A DNA stretch of 64,000 nt, taken from Amoebophrya sp. A120. Taxonomy: Eukaryota; Protista; Dinoflagellata. The notes under the pieces were generated by a model that did not search any database, was not told the origin of the DNA, and worked only from the letters and a program-made list of their open reading frames with translations. The DNA is taken from assembly GCA_905178155.1 (NCBI GenBank), contig CAJINV010000005.1, forward strand, positions 8,120,515-8,184,514, in the 5' to 3' direction. Below, one piece after another: positions 25,251-37,230 of this stretch; positions within the stretch are counted from its first letter, which is position 1; the number at the start of each line of letters is the position of its first letter. Position numbers and translations under genes: made by a program.

Positions 25251-28200
25251 CGGATCAAAGGTCTCCTGGTTGTAGCCGGACGCGATTTATGCATTGCAAA
25301 TATGTCTCGGTCCTCTGGAAGGTTGTAATGCTAAATGTCAACTATAGCCGCACTGCAATACGCTGCCACGCATGACAAATTTTTGGGCTGCTAATGTGAA
25401 TGTTGCGTACTCTGCATGGCAGGCGGCGTTTTTGCACGACAGCTAAGGGGACCTTTTCGTGCTCGTGCATCACAGAGTTTCAGTTCATCCCGAACCTGCA
25501 TGAGAAACCCTGATCTTTTCCAGACGCAGACATCATATTTGCACTGCATACGACTTTGGCGTTGATCTCGACCTTCATGTTCTCTTTCACGTAGTCCTCC
25601 GGAAGGGTGACGCGCTGCATCACTTGAATACCCGCACTGAGAGACGAGAGTTTTAAAGGTATTGGGTTTTTCTTTTTTCTTTTTCTTTCGCGGGTTGTAA
25701 ATATAGCGCAAAAGCATATGACTGACGGGAAGACGAGCGCAGAGGAGCAAAAAATTGTTCAGCAATTTCCTCCCAACGACAACATGCTCCCCGAATGATC
25801 TCAACAATCACTATATCTTGACTCATAAACTCAAAAACCCGTATCGGGCATCATGAGGAAGAAAACTAGCTCCACACAACTCGCAATAGTACTTCTTCTA
25901 AATGTTGAAGATGAATTTTTATACCCAACAATCGCCTCGTATTTTTCGTTGCTTAAAAAACTCCTTAAAAAAAGGGGGGGAGCGGAATCGATCATACCAT
26001 GCGGGTTCATTTTTGCGCCGGCAGTATGCTGCGTTTATCGGTGTGCGTTGGCGCAAGGTTTTGGAACCCAGAAAACCGGGCCCATAGCATGGGGATTCGG
26101 GCCGAAATGTTTTAAGGCGATTTCTCTAAGGGGGAATCTTTAAGGGGCATCTTTAAGGGGATTCTTAAGGGAATCTTTAAGGGGATCTTTACGGGGATGC
26201 TTAAGGGGGCCCGTAGAGCGGCCCACGCGATTTCGACAGGAGACAGGGCGCAAAAAGCTAACTATTGCAGGGCCCTGCCGTGAGCAGAGCGGCAACCACG
26301 GACCACAACAAGAGACACACCATGCGCAAGGCAGCCGGCAGGCTAGGTAGCGGCGGCCGGTAGGCTAGCAACGGCCGGAAGGCTAGCAACGCGCACAACA
26401 ACCCCACTGACATCGGGCCCCCTCCCCGTGTCTCCTTGGAGTTTACTCAGCCACCGTCTTACCGGTCGCAACCGACAACCCCAAGACCAGGCGAGCCCAG
26501 CAGGGCTCGCCCCGAGGCTTGTTTATTTTATACCCAACAATCGCCTCGTATTTTTCGTTGCTCATGGAACACTTTCCATTCCATTGGCATCGCGGTGCTG
26601 TGAAGCAGCGTCCATGATCGTCTGCTCATTCCAGCAGAAGCTTTACTTCGATATAAATACACAAGCACGGCATCTATGCAGAAACTACCCCCAGGCAAGC
26701 CCTCTGATATGCTTGGCCGCGCTTTCTGAGTAGCTGCAAGCCTTTTCCCTTCCCCCTGCAGTATGCTTCTACTTTGTGGCTTTTTATTCTTATCAAAAAG
26801 TCTTTTTGGTAGTGTCGGCGTGGGTTTGGAGACAGTGTGGCAGCGTGATTCCTGAGACCTTAGAGGGGTAAGGCAAAAACCCTCCCGCGCAGTCGAGCAT
26901 AGGCGTAAACTTCAACACCGCAGCAACTCAAGGAAGGGAACAGAAGCTGGGTGAAGAGAATTCACCCGAACCTTAGGTCTCCTATTTTGGGTCCTCCCTA
27001 TACGTACCTCTACGCGATATGATAAGTGTGTAGCTGCAGCTAGAGGCGCCAAAGGGCTTCTTTAAATCAAAACCGAAGCAGATGAGGACGCTTTTTCTCG
27101 TCTAGTACTATAGCATCACAAATTTACTTTATACCCAACAATCGCCTCGTATTTCTCGTTGCTCATGGAACAAACATGATGGCCACCAAAAGTGGTGGCC
27201 ACCCAGGGCGCTCTTGGCCATCGCTTTGCTTGCCTAGGCGAAAACTGATGGCCAAGGAGCTCGCGGCTATCATTTTTGCCCGAGCGGGAAGTGTGTGATG
27301 GCCAAGGAGCTCCGGGCCATCGCTTTTGCCCGACCGGAAAGCGATGGCCAAGGGGCTCTCTGCCGTCACTTTTGCCCGGCCGGGATGGAAGTGATGGCAA
27401 AAAGCAAATAAGCGACGGCCAAGAAGCTCTTCTTGGCCGTTGCTTTTGCCCGAGCGAAAAGCGATGGCCATGGAACTCCTGGCCATCACTTTGGCTCGAC
27501 CTGGAAGCCTGCCCGGCCGGAAAGTGATGGTCAAGGAGGATCTTTTGGCCATCACTTTTGGACATCAGAAGCTGCAGAAAGCGATGGCACTCGCCGCTAA
27601 ACTACCCCCGCTGGGGCCACCCTCTATGGTGAGAAAAAAGGAATAAACTCCCCCCGCTGGGGGATGCCCTCACTGGCGTCACCTACTTTGGTGTAGAACA
27701 AAAAACAAAAATACACCTAAACCTACGTCCCCCAGACGCACTTATCGAAGACTCTACTTCGCTCCTCCCCACTCTAGGGGAGGAGATCGCAAACGTGCAA
27801 TAGCTTCTACGGATCTGCCAGCCGATATAGTGCGAACGGGGGACCCCAAATCCCAGTCACTACACGAAAAGGATCTACCGAGATAGATATGTCTTTATTC
27901 TATACCCAACAATCGCTTCGTATTTTTCGTTGCTCATGGAACACAGCCAGTCAATATCAAAGGGAAAAATCCCCCCTCCCCATATCGAAACGAAGTTTCT
28001 GATGCTGGATTTGCGTACACAAATCAGGCCTGTCTTGCTGGAGAGGACTGCAGGCATATGCCAACCCTGGGTCGAGAGGTTTTGACGTAGGGGACTAGCA
28101 TGACAGACGTCGGCCCTGTAAGCCCAACAGCATCACAAACCGCCGCCATAATGCGGCGGACTCTTTGGCTCTGCCTTCTTGCAAGACAGCCAGGATTTGT

Positions 28201-31167
28201 GACCTCAAATCTGCATCACAAATTTTCAGACGAATGCGCTTTCGATATGGGGAGGGGGAATTTTTCCTCACAATAGTCAATCCTCTTGATTCCCAACCAC
28301 TTCAGCGCATCCGGCATCATGGCCTGGAATATAGAATGCAAAAGTATCGCACTCGTTGCGTTCTAATTGCAGATATGCATGACAAATCGCCTTCCTTAGC
28401 TAAAACAGCATTACAAATTTTATTTGTAATGCGAAGCAAATTTGTAATGCAATTTACACTAGTACGATACTTTTGCACAGGATATGGAAGCGGGCATCAC
28501 GAATCCCGGCGATCGCCTCGGTCTGGTGAAAGTACTTATCGGCGGAATGGTATCCTATGTAAAAACGTCCCCAAAATGCAAATCTGCATGGCAAAATCTG
28601 CATGGCAAAAATGTTTCTCATGCGGAGCCCCGATCAGAAGCATTTTCTAGCCCTGTTTTGGAACTTGTAATGCTCTAATCAGCATAATAAGCTAGGTCTG
28701 TGCTGCTGCTGGAGCTGCTAGCTCAACAAGATTACACTACGAGGCCAAGAAACCTGTCATGCGCAACAACCTACGCTGCTAGATTTGTCTAGCAAATTTC
28801 CCACCTTGACTACAGGGTGGAACCGTTTTTGCTCAGGATAAGTCCCCTCCAGTCTGGTTCTCTCGCGCGTTGTAGACGCGGAATTTGATGACCTCCCCGA
28901 GGGACCGTCCCTCCTTGCGGTAATAGATGACGATACCAACCCCACCGCGCTGGGCACACTGGATACACTGCTGCAGGGCGAAGATGAGGTAGGGACGGCA
29001 GGTGCAGATGTCGGAGCCAAACCTGTATTTTGGTACTTTTCAGAGATCGATAATTTCGCATGCTGCCTCCACGCATGAATAATGATGAGCGGAGGTCCTT
29101 GCAACATATCATAATGCTTTTTCTTGATGCTGTTGATTCAAATTTCTATTGCATCAACTACCCGCAACAAAAGCAAAACTTCTCATGCAGAAAACAAGTA
29201 AGAACATCTAGTATAAATACACGTCACTCCCGATGCACTCATCGTGCACTCGCACGCAGATTTCTGTCGTCGGATCCCGGACCTTCCTCACGTCCCCAAA
29301 TGTGTAAATCGTGCACCCACCGACACCGGGGAGAAAGGTCTTCTTCGTTTTGTCCTTGAGATCCGGGTTGTTGGAATACTTGTACAGTGCGTCCCGCAAA
29401 TCGTCCTCGTCCATGTCCAGCCGTTCGCCCAAGCGGGGGACATCACAGGAAAAAAGTGCTTCAGTTACGCATTTGTTGGAGTTTCTGCATCACAAAGTTG
29501 CTCGACATGGCAAAGAAAACCTGTGATGCGCAGGCTATAAGGGAAAACACGAATGAGAGGCTGGCAAGCATTTCCTGCATGACAGGGGTTGCCTGTCTTG
29601 CTTGTCTTCCATCAGAGTGTGTAACTGTATATACTTTTTTCTCAAGATATGGGAGGTTCCACGCGTAGTAGATGGCGCACTTCTGGGTGCGGATTTGTCC
29701 GTCGTCGCGGACAATTTTCCCGTCTTTCTGCAGTTCCGCGGTCAACTCCGGGATGTCGAGATTCGCCTTGCACGCCGCGATGGTCGGGGGGTGTGCGTAC
29801 ATGCCCATAGGGTCAAACATGAAAATGTTTTTCCACTCCTTCTGGGTATCGGGGTGGTCGACGAGATCCTTAAATTCCGGCAAGTAGTACTCGTCATCCG
29901 TGCGGCGCTTGTACCTTTGATTTTGTTGTTTTCAAAAGTGAAGAAAGGAAATCTCTCATCCTGACTCTGCATTTCTTGAAAGTAAACAGTCAATCTGTCA
30001 TGCGAAAAGACGAACGCCAGGTGCAGCTAGACCCTTATACCATTCCCTCAAGTCGACCCCTGCTTTTTTCTCGGCGATGCCCCAATAAGCTGCGTTGTCC
30101 CAGCCATACACACCCGAGTAGTTCCCATTTTCCAAGTCCGCATGCACCTTGGTCCAGTCGTACTGCGACTCGAACGGGGGCCAGAGCAGGGAACTTTGCG
30201 TTACCGCATCCGCCGCGGCGTTTAACTGCTGTTCCATCGGAGTGCTATTCCCCGCGCTGGTGCTCATCACGCTGGTGTTCAGCGGTGAATTCTCGTCGTG
30301 GTTCAGCGTGTTGTCATATGAAATGCAAATGTGTCTGGGTCTGGAAGAATGCAACTTGTGATGCTGCATTTGGATTCCAAAAAAATCTGTATTGCATGAG
30401 TAGCAAAGGGAGTGCTCGTTTTGCTACGCTGAGAAGGCATTTGTCATGCGGAGTAGGCATCAAGAAGCCCTCAAAAAATCTGTATTGCTAGGGTATGCAT
30501 CAGAGACATCATGGCTCATGCAAAACGTGCATGAAAAGTCTCAGAATCTTCCCGACCCAGACACTTTTACAATTGATATGTCATTGTTGGCATTCGGCAC
30601 GTTTCCCGCGGACACCATATCGGACAGTATCCTGAGGAAAAACGTCCCCACTCGTCCACCTTATTCGTCATGCAAATGTACATCTGCAAAATGTTTCTCA
30701 TGCGCAGCTAGCTCCATGAAGAGCGATTTCTCACGCTATCTGGGAATTTGTCATGCTCGTATCAGGATAAGGAACTCGCTTTGTGATGCGACTGCGCCAC
30801 CTAACAACAACGGCACTCGAGACCTAGTAAAGTAGTTGTCAAGCGCAACAGCACAACCTTCTTGCTTTGCGTAGCAAAGCTGCCATCTTGCCGCTGGGGT
30901 GCGGACGTTTTTGCACAGGATAGACAGGGAAGGCAGGTCATTCGCGCTCGGCGGGGCGCCGACCCGCGGGTTCTGGCCCGGGAAGAACATCTTGGTCGAT
31001 TGTGCGCTGTCCTTTTCCCCGCCGACCGTGTAGCACTCCATCATCTTGGACCGCGGCGTGTTGGCCCCGCATTCGTACGAGGGAGCTTTTTTCCCGAATT
31101 TCAGCTGCCCGCCCGCGTTCGGGTTGGCGGTGACGAGCTGGTTGGCGACTTTGTCGAGGCGGTTCAT
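25251..31167 (-). CDS. URC1: URC1/Urg1 GTP cyclohydrolase II-like domain, N-terminal half of a URC1-URC4 fusion protein
   Basis: motifs PTIAACKANLDIPE, FLPGVGGCTIYTFGD, RVHDECIGSDVFGSDICTCRPYL, YYRKEGRSLGEV, DARFQAMMPDALKWLGIKRIDWLCSMSNEKYEAI, VEINAKVASGY; no stop before the URC4 part. Confidence 0.88.
25288..25550. mobile_element. introner-like element, family A variant
   Basis: degenerate A TIR; DR cgatt/cgact. Confidence 0.85.
26112..26210. repeat. degenerate 11-13 bp tandem repeat (cttTAAGGGgat)
   Basis: about 8 copies visible. Confidence 0.75.
27177..27590. repeat. degenerate tandem array of palindromic gatggccaag...tggccatc units
   Basis: about 8 units of 45-65 bp, each a short hairpin followed by gcttttgcccg. 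Confidence 0.75.
27955..28275. mobile_element. introner-like element, family C
   Basis: family C TIR; DR gtcaa. Confidence 0.9.
28330..28484. mobile_element. introner-like element, family E
   Basis: family E TIR; DR tggaa. Confidence 0.88.
28551..28840. mobile_element. introner-like element, family B
   Basis: family B TIR; DR decayed (aatgg/agtcc) but element+5 nt removal restores GGDSADKYF. Confidence 0.83.
29441..29649. mobile_element. introner-like element, family D
   Basis: degenerate D TIR; DR gggga/tggga. Confidence 0.83.
30317..30578. mobile_element. introner-like element, family A
   Basis: family A TIR; DR tgtca. Confidence 0.88.
30628..30922. mobile_element. introner-like element, family B
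   Basis: family B TIR; DR gacag. Confidence 0.88.
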
Positions 31168-32337
31168 TTTTTGGTATCTTTTGGTTTGGTTTGTTTGGAG
31201 TTGGACAAAGAAAACTTTATTCTCAAAATTATTTTGTGTACTTACACTGTACTGTTTTACTTCACTTTTATTCTACAAAACCCCGCCAGAAGAGATATTA
31301 TCCGGTTGTACAGAGAAAATCTAGCCAAAAAAAAACGGTGTTTGATATTCTACAACTGTGCTTGGTCAAAAAAGTCAAAAGTTTGATTTATTCGAACGAT
31401 AGCGAGGCTACTATCGTGAATGTTGTTGAGAGTCAGAGTGAAGTCTACTAGTACTACTTTCAGGAAAATCTTGTGACGGTGAAAATCTCCTACTTTCCGA
31501 TGGATTGAACTAGTACAACTACCGGATTGATTGATAATTATCAGCTGTTGTTTGGGTCATAGGGAGGAAACGAAATTTACTTTTGGGTGGGAGTACGTAT
31601 GAAAATCTGTAACGTGTCACTGAATTCACGTTTTATTTTCAACAACGAAGTGCCACGCGATGTGGATCTGGTTCCTGCGTGCAAAAAACGAAATGTCATG
31701 AAAACGCTGCTGCCTACGATGCTGCTTCTTTTTTGTCTGCGCTACTACTTCTTTCATCACGGAAAAGAACAAAAATGGCAATACGAGAACTACGTACTAC
31801 CAAAATCGGTCGGACTTCTTTTGCGTTCGGTTTATTTGGTCTAGCTGTGGCGATGTTGGATGACGCTTCGCTATCGCTGCTGCTAATAGGAACCGCTGCT
31901 GTGTCAGTCTTTTCAACGAGTTTTCTACTTTGCGAATTTCTTTTACAAACGAAGCGCACAGGGTACTGCTTTGATGAAAAAAGCAAAAGGAAACGAGGCA
32001 AGAAAAAACGAACAGATGGATCTGTACGTAGGCATCAATTTGGACCGCAGGCAAAAAATCAAATTCAGATCTTCAGCCTTTCACGTCGTGGGCCTTCATA
32101 GTGAAAATACGGACATCGTGATCGTTTTGACGAACAGCCTTTCACTGTCTGTATTCCAACACGAAAAAAATTCGCGCCGCTTTGACCTACTTCCACATCA
32201 TGCTTTGTAATTTACAAACAAGTCCGCGCGAGGACATCAATGGGGATGGTGCAGCTGACGTGCAAAAAAAGTTTGGCTGATGCACAAGTGAATTTATTCT
32301 TTTTTGTTTTTCATCATATCTGAATTCATCTGGTTCA

Positions 32338-35321
32338 TCACAACCCCACCAAGCGCCGCCTTCTTTCCTCGATCTCCTCGTTATTTTTTCGCAAGAACAA
32401 AGTATTGTCATCTTCTTTTTGATACAGTGGCACAGCGACCGCATGATAGTTCGCCACGCCACTGCTGCTGGAAAGCACCGCCTCACCGTCCTCATACGTG
32501 TAGGTTTTCGGCCAGATAGTTCCCGTCGGATGACTACCCGCGTGGTCCTGGGTTCCCGCGATTTCTCGCAGCACGTACTGGTCACTGGTAGACGTCGTAT
32601 TCCCTCCTGTCGTGACTACTTTATGCACCGAATCTCCGCTGTGATAACTGCGAAGCGACGCCGCGATCTTCCCGGGTGTAGGAAGCATACTTCTTATGCA
32701 TGGCAAGTATGTCATCTGGGTCTGGAAGATTGCCATGCATATTTTGCCTGACCCATGATCCCTGTAATGCATCACATAGCATCTTCACAGAATTTTAAAG
32801 AACATCCTGATGCCTATTCCGCATGAGAAACGCCCTCTCCGCGTCGCGCAAACTGGACGCCTCTTGCTGGTGCTCATGCAATACAGTTTTTTTTAGAATC
32901 GAAAGACAGCATCACAAGTTGCAACCTTCCGGACGTCCAGGGATATTTGCAATGCATACTTCTGCTCGTCCCGCTATAATTCCCTTGCAGCAGCGGAACC
33001 ACCCCGGAGTGCTGTTGCGGTGTTGTCGCCACGCTGCTATTTTTACCACTACTAGTACTCCCGGGCGCGCCCGCGGTGGTTGCAACCGCGGCCCTTTGCG
33101 CGTAGAATCGATTGGAGGATCCCGTGCTACTCCGGTCCGGGGTGACGAGTGGGTTATTTCTGGATTTCAAACCACGATCCGACGGTGCTGTATTTCCAGC
33201 TGCTATTTTATTCTCTTCTTCCGCCGCGGCGACAGTATCGAACATCGCGTCCATCTTCGCTTTCTCCTTTTCGTGTTTCAATTTCACTTGCTCCAACTCG
33301 TCTTCCATTCTCGCGAGTTTCAACGACTCCTATCAATTGCAAAAATGTCAGTCTGGGTCTGGAAGAATGCGCGACTTGTCATGCAGCTTTTCCATGACCC
33401 AGGAGGTCTGGAATGCAGGACCTAGCATGACAGAGTCTGTGCGATCTCTCTCATGCCTATCCTGCATGAGAAACTCCCTCCAGACTTGGTCAAAACTGGA
33501 CGACTTATGGTAATCATGCAACACAGATATTTGCATGCTTCAGATTTGGCATGACAAGTTGCATTCTTCCAGACCCAGACATTTTTACATTTGATAATTC
33601 CTTCCCCCGCTGTATCTCCCACAATACCCGATCCTTCTTCTCTTGGGCGAGCTTCTTTTCCAAAAACTGAATCTTCTCGACGAAAACGGCCTCCAGCATG
33701 GTTTCGTAGGTGGAGGGCTGCTGCGGTTGCTGGGCCGCCGTCGGGGAAGCGGGGAGTACCTGTTATTTGCAGTTTCGTTAGTAGGCTTTTATTTTTTCTT
33801 CGTTGGCATGCAAAAATCGTTCAAAGCTCATCTTCACATGAGGAACATGAGTCATCGGCGTACTGAACATGTTTCACATGACGCTCATCTTTCCTTCTAC
33901 ATGAGTAAGTTAACTTTCTTACGCTTACCTTCTCCGTTTTATGATTTCCCTCGTTCTTCGTCCCGGCCGTCGCCCCTGCTCCAGATGAGAAAGAGCTACT
34001 ACTCCCACCACCAGCGCTGCTAAATCCCTGTATCGGGAAATTCACGATGCAATCCCGCAGCTCCTGCAGGCTCTTCCCGTGTTGCAAACACCGGCTACGT
34101 ATCAAATGCAAAAGTGTCTGGGTCTGGAAGAGTGCAGACATTTGTGATGCAGTTTTTGCCTCGCCCAGATCGTCTGGCATGCAAGCCCTAGCATCACAGA
34201 TTCCGAGCAGGTATCCCAATGCCTAATCCGCATGACAAATGCCCACTTTCTGTGACAGGAAATAGGGCTTTTTGCTGACCGTGCATGAGAGATTTTGTCA
34301 TGATCTAGAATTCGCATCACAAATTCGAATCCACCCAGACCCAGACACATTTGCATTTGATACTGCGCCAAAAATCCACCCGGTTTTGCAGCGTTTGGTT
34401 TTCCGAGCGGAGGTTTTCGATGATTATTTCCCGGCTCGACTTGCTCTGCGCAGACAGATTATGATGTGCAGCAGCTGAATTGGCGTTTTCGACCAAACCG
34501 CCTCCGCCCGCGATGATCGCGTTCCCGCTGCCTTTATGGAATGCAAATATGTCTGGGTCTGAATGAGTCCGGATGTTTGGCATGCACACTTTGCATAGCC
34601 CATGGCGTTTGTGATGCACACCCTGGCATCACAGATTCTTTGCGGGCTTTCTGATGCCCATACATGAGAAATGCCCTCTCCGCATAGCAAAACCTTGGCC
34701 TCTTTTGCTGTTCATGCAATACAAATTCTGTGTAGAGTCCAAAGGCAGCATCACAAGCTGGCATCCTTCCAGACGCAGCCATATTTGCAATGCATAGCAT
34801 AACAGCTCCTCGATCGCCCGACCGAGGATTTCGTTATCAACTGCAAAAATGTCTGGGTCTGGAAACTTGTAGTGCTGCGTTGGGAGTAGATAATGCTCTG
34901 TAATGCACAGGCAAGCATGAGAAATATCTGCGCTTCTTTGTGTTGCGTTTTTCGCATGACAAACTGCGTTCTTGCATGACAGGAAACAGGGTCTCTTCTT
35001 GGACACGCATCACAAACTTTTTGGTCATGCCAGGCAAGCATGACAAGTCTCAAAAGCTTCCAGCCCCCGACACTTTTGCATTTGATATTCGTTCTCCTTG
35101 CGCAATTGCGCCACCTCCGTCGTCAGCTGGTCATTCGTGGTTCTGAGCAGTTGTTGGTCCTGTTGTAACCCGCGCGAGTGATGCGATTGGGGAGACCCTC
35201 CGGGCGTTTGCTTACGCTGTAAGTTGTGATGCTGTTTCAACTGGATTTGTCTACTGGCACCAGTCGCAACCGCCCCGCCGGAAGCGGGTCGCCGCCGGGT
35301 TTCGGTCATGTCTTTGCGCAA
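32338..35321 (-). CDS. hypothetical coiled-coil protein
   Basis: continuous frame across 5 elements and one GT-AG intron (about 33761-33928); heptad-like segments LTTEVAQLRKENE and MEDELEQVKLKHEKEKAK. Confidence 0.65.
32695..32958. mobile_element. introner-like element, family A
   Basis: family A TIR; DR cttct. Confidence 0.87.
33331..33596. mobile_element. introner-like element, family A
   Basis: family A TIR, close relative of 16735-16999; DR actcc/attcc. Confidence 0.88.
34100..34362. mobile_element. introner-like element, family A
   Basis: family A TIR; DR ctacg/ctgcg. Confidence 0.88.
34535..34796. mobile_element. introner-like element, family A
   Basis: family A TIR; DR gcctt/gcata. 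Confidence 0.85.
34835..35087. mobile_element. introner-like element, family A
   Basis: family A TIR; DR ttcgt. Confidence 0.88.
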
Positions 35322-36259
35322 TCGTGAAGACCGGTAAAGAAATACTCATGTGAAGCCTTTTCAAAAACTTCTAGGCTCAAAATTGTCTGCGAAATCGCGC
35401 ACCCCTGCACCGTGCGTGCGGCTCCACGGCAGTGGTCCGTCTGTCCGCTAGATGGTAGTCGTCGTCAATAGACAGTAAAAGAAGCCTCCTGCTTTGCAAG
35501 CATTTACATTTGCGCGCTCTCTCGGATCGACAGGCGGAAATAAGCAAAAGCCGAGACAATTACAATCGAACACATTACCCACCGCACCGAAAGCGAATCG
35601 TCCGGGGATTTTACAATTTTTGCTCGCCAGTATCTATCGCGTTGCTACAGTCTACTATTTTCAGTCGCAGTTAGTTCGAAAAGCGGAGGCGACTGCACGC
35701 AGCCGCGAGAAACGGCGGGCAAAACCTTGCTCCGGGCCGCAGAGGCTGGCATCACTCGTTCCGGCAATTTGTTACCGCGCACAGGAAAAGCCCGGCGGCA
35801 TTTTCCGCACGGGGCCATGTATCGACCCCGCCGCAAGTGGGGCCCCCGGGCGCTTCGAAGAGCGCGCCTCGGTGTTTGCTTGCACAAGCGCTTGCGGCCC
35901 GGGCAAGGAAACGGACTCTCGCCCTCGCAAAAGCAGCGCGCCTTCGCACGGCGGAACCGGTTTGGAGCGCGGCCCGACTCTCCTCCACTAGCAACCCGAG
36001 GCGGCAGTATCTGCGCCATAGAAGCGCGGGCCCGCAGGCGCCCGCCCAAGCAGGCGCGAGGGCCTACCCGCCCCCCGCAGCGGAGCCGCGGCCGACCGGC
36101 GGCGGCGGACTGCTGCGCCCGCGGTCCGCGCCACGAGGGGGCTGCAGCCTGTGCCTCCCGCCGATGGGAAGGCGGTGTAGAACAATACAAGGAGCCCAGC
36201 GCACTGACATAACTGCGCGGGGTCCGAGGCCTGCCCATCCAGGCCCATGTGTTCAGTTG

Positions 36260-37230
36260 TTGCCAATTTTTAAAAATTTTTGCACATTAGAAATCAGCCA
36301 GCACGAGCCTAATCGGCTTCCGCCGGTGAAAAAAGGTAAAGAAGCAGCGCAATTAGCGTCCTATGAAGGTCGATTAGACCAGATCTCTACACTCATAGGC
36401 CATGTTCCTCATTTTGATAAATTTTTTGAATTTTGCAAAAATTTAAAAAAAGCAGAAAAATGTAGACACTGGGCTTTTCGGAAGCAAATAATGCAGCAAA
36501 TCAATATATTCAACTTCTTGAGTCTGACACTTTTGCTACATTGAGGAAGTTAATCACTTCCGTGCAATTTTGTGGAATTTTTAAAATTTTAGTCGGGTCA
36601 GAAAACCGTCAACATTACAAAAACAAGCGCTCTAATTTGTAAAGTTTACTTCAAAAATATAAAATGAACTACCATCCGTCAGACTTTGAGTGATATTATA
36701 AACGTTTCTCACATCTCAGCCAATTTTTCAAAATTTTGATTTTTTTTATTCTAGGAAGTTCCTGCAAAACAGACTGAATGGATAATATATAAGTTTGGAA
36801 ATCCAAAGTACATAAATCCCTATGCGCAGTCTCTCACTCTTGCAGACTATTCACATAAGTCGTAGAGGTTGGCTGGAAGTGTGCAACTTTTTCAATTTTT
36901 TCGATTTTTTGAAAAATCAAGAAAAAATACAAACAAGGAACTAACTGCCCTTCTTCGGTTAGCCTATTCCATCAGATCACGCACGCGGCCTATTTATATT
37001 ATCTCTCTATGAGTAAGATTGTTAAGTTGTGTCATTTTTAAAATTTTGCCGATTTTGGCACTTTTCAAAAAGTGCAAAAATATATGTAATTCTGAAGCAG
37101 CTTCCAAATGAAAAATAATCGTAACACCAATTGAGCGCCCTGATGGCCATTCTCAAGATTTGTGGCTGCGTTTCTGTTGCGTTTTTACATTGCGCAAATT
37201 TTCTTAAATTTTTTTAATTTTGGAAATTGA
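36260..37230. other. AT-rich core with a T-tract motif every ~155 bp, between GC-rich arms, at a divergent strand switch
   Basis: (g)caatttt..aatttt..atttt blocks start near 36262, 36409, 36562, 36719, 36881, 37031, 37192. Confidence 0.6.

Larger units (their letters stand above)
25918..27945 (-). repeat. four dispersed copies of a 35-46 bp URC1 exon-end/splice-donor sequence
   Basis: tatacccaacaatcgcctcgtatttttcgttgct(catggaaca) at about 25918, 26527, 27128 and 27901. Confidence 0.9.

Noticed and set aside
25918-27945. CRISPR-like repeat-spacer pattern
   Set aside because: Repeat is an exon end, spacers are 550-730 bp, no cas genes, eukaryotic context
28841-29440. Riboflavin-pathway GTP cyclohydrolase II (ribA)
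   Set aside because: RVHDEC..SDVFGSDICTCRPYL, the extra N-terminal domain and fusion to DUF1688 fit URC1 instead
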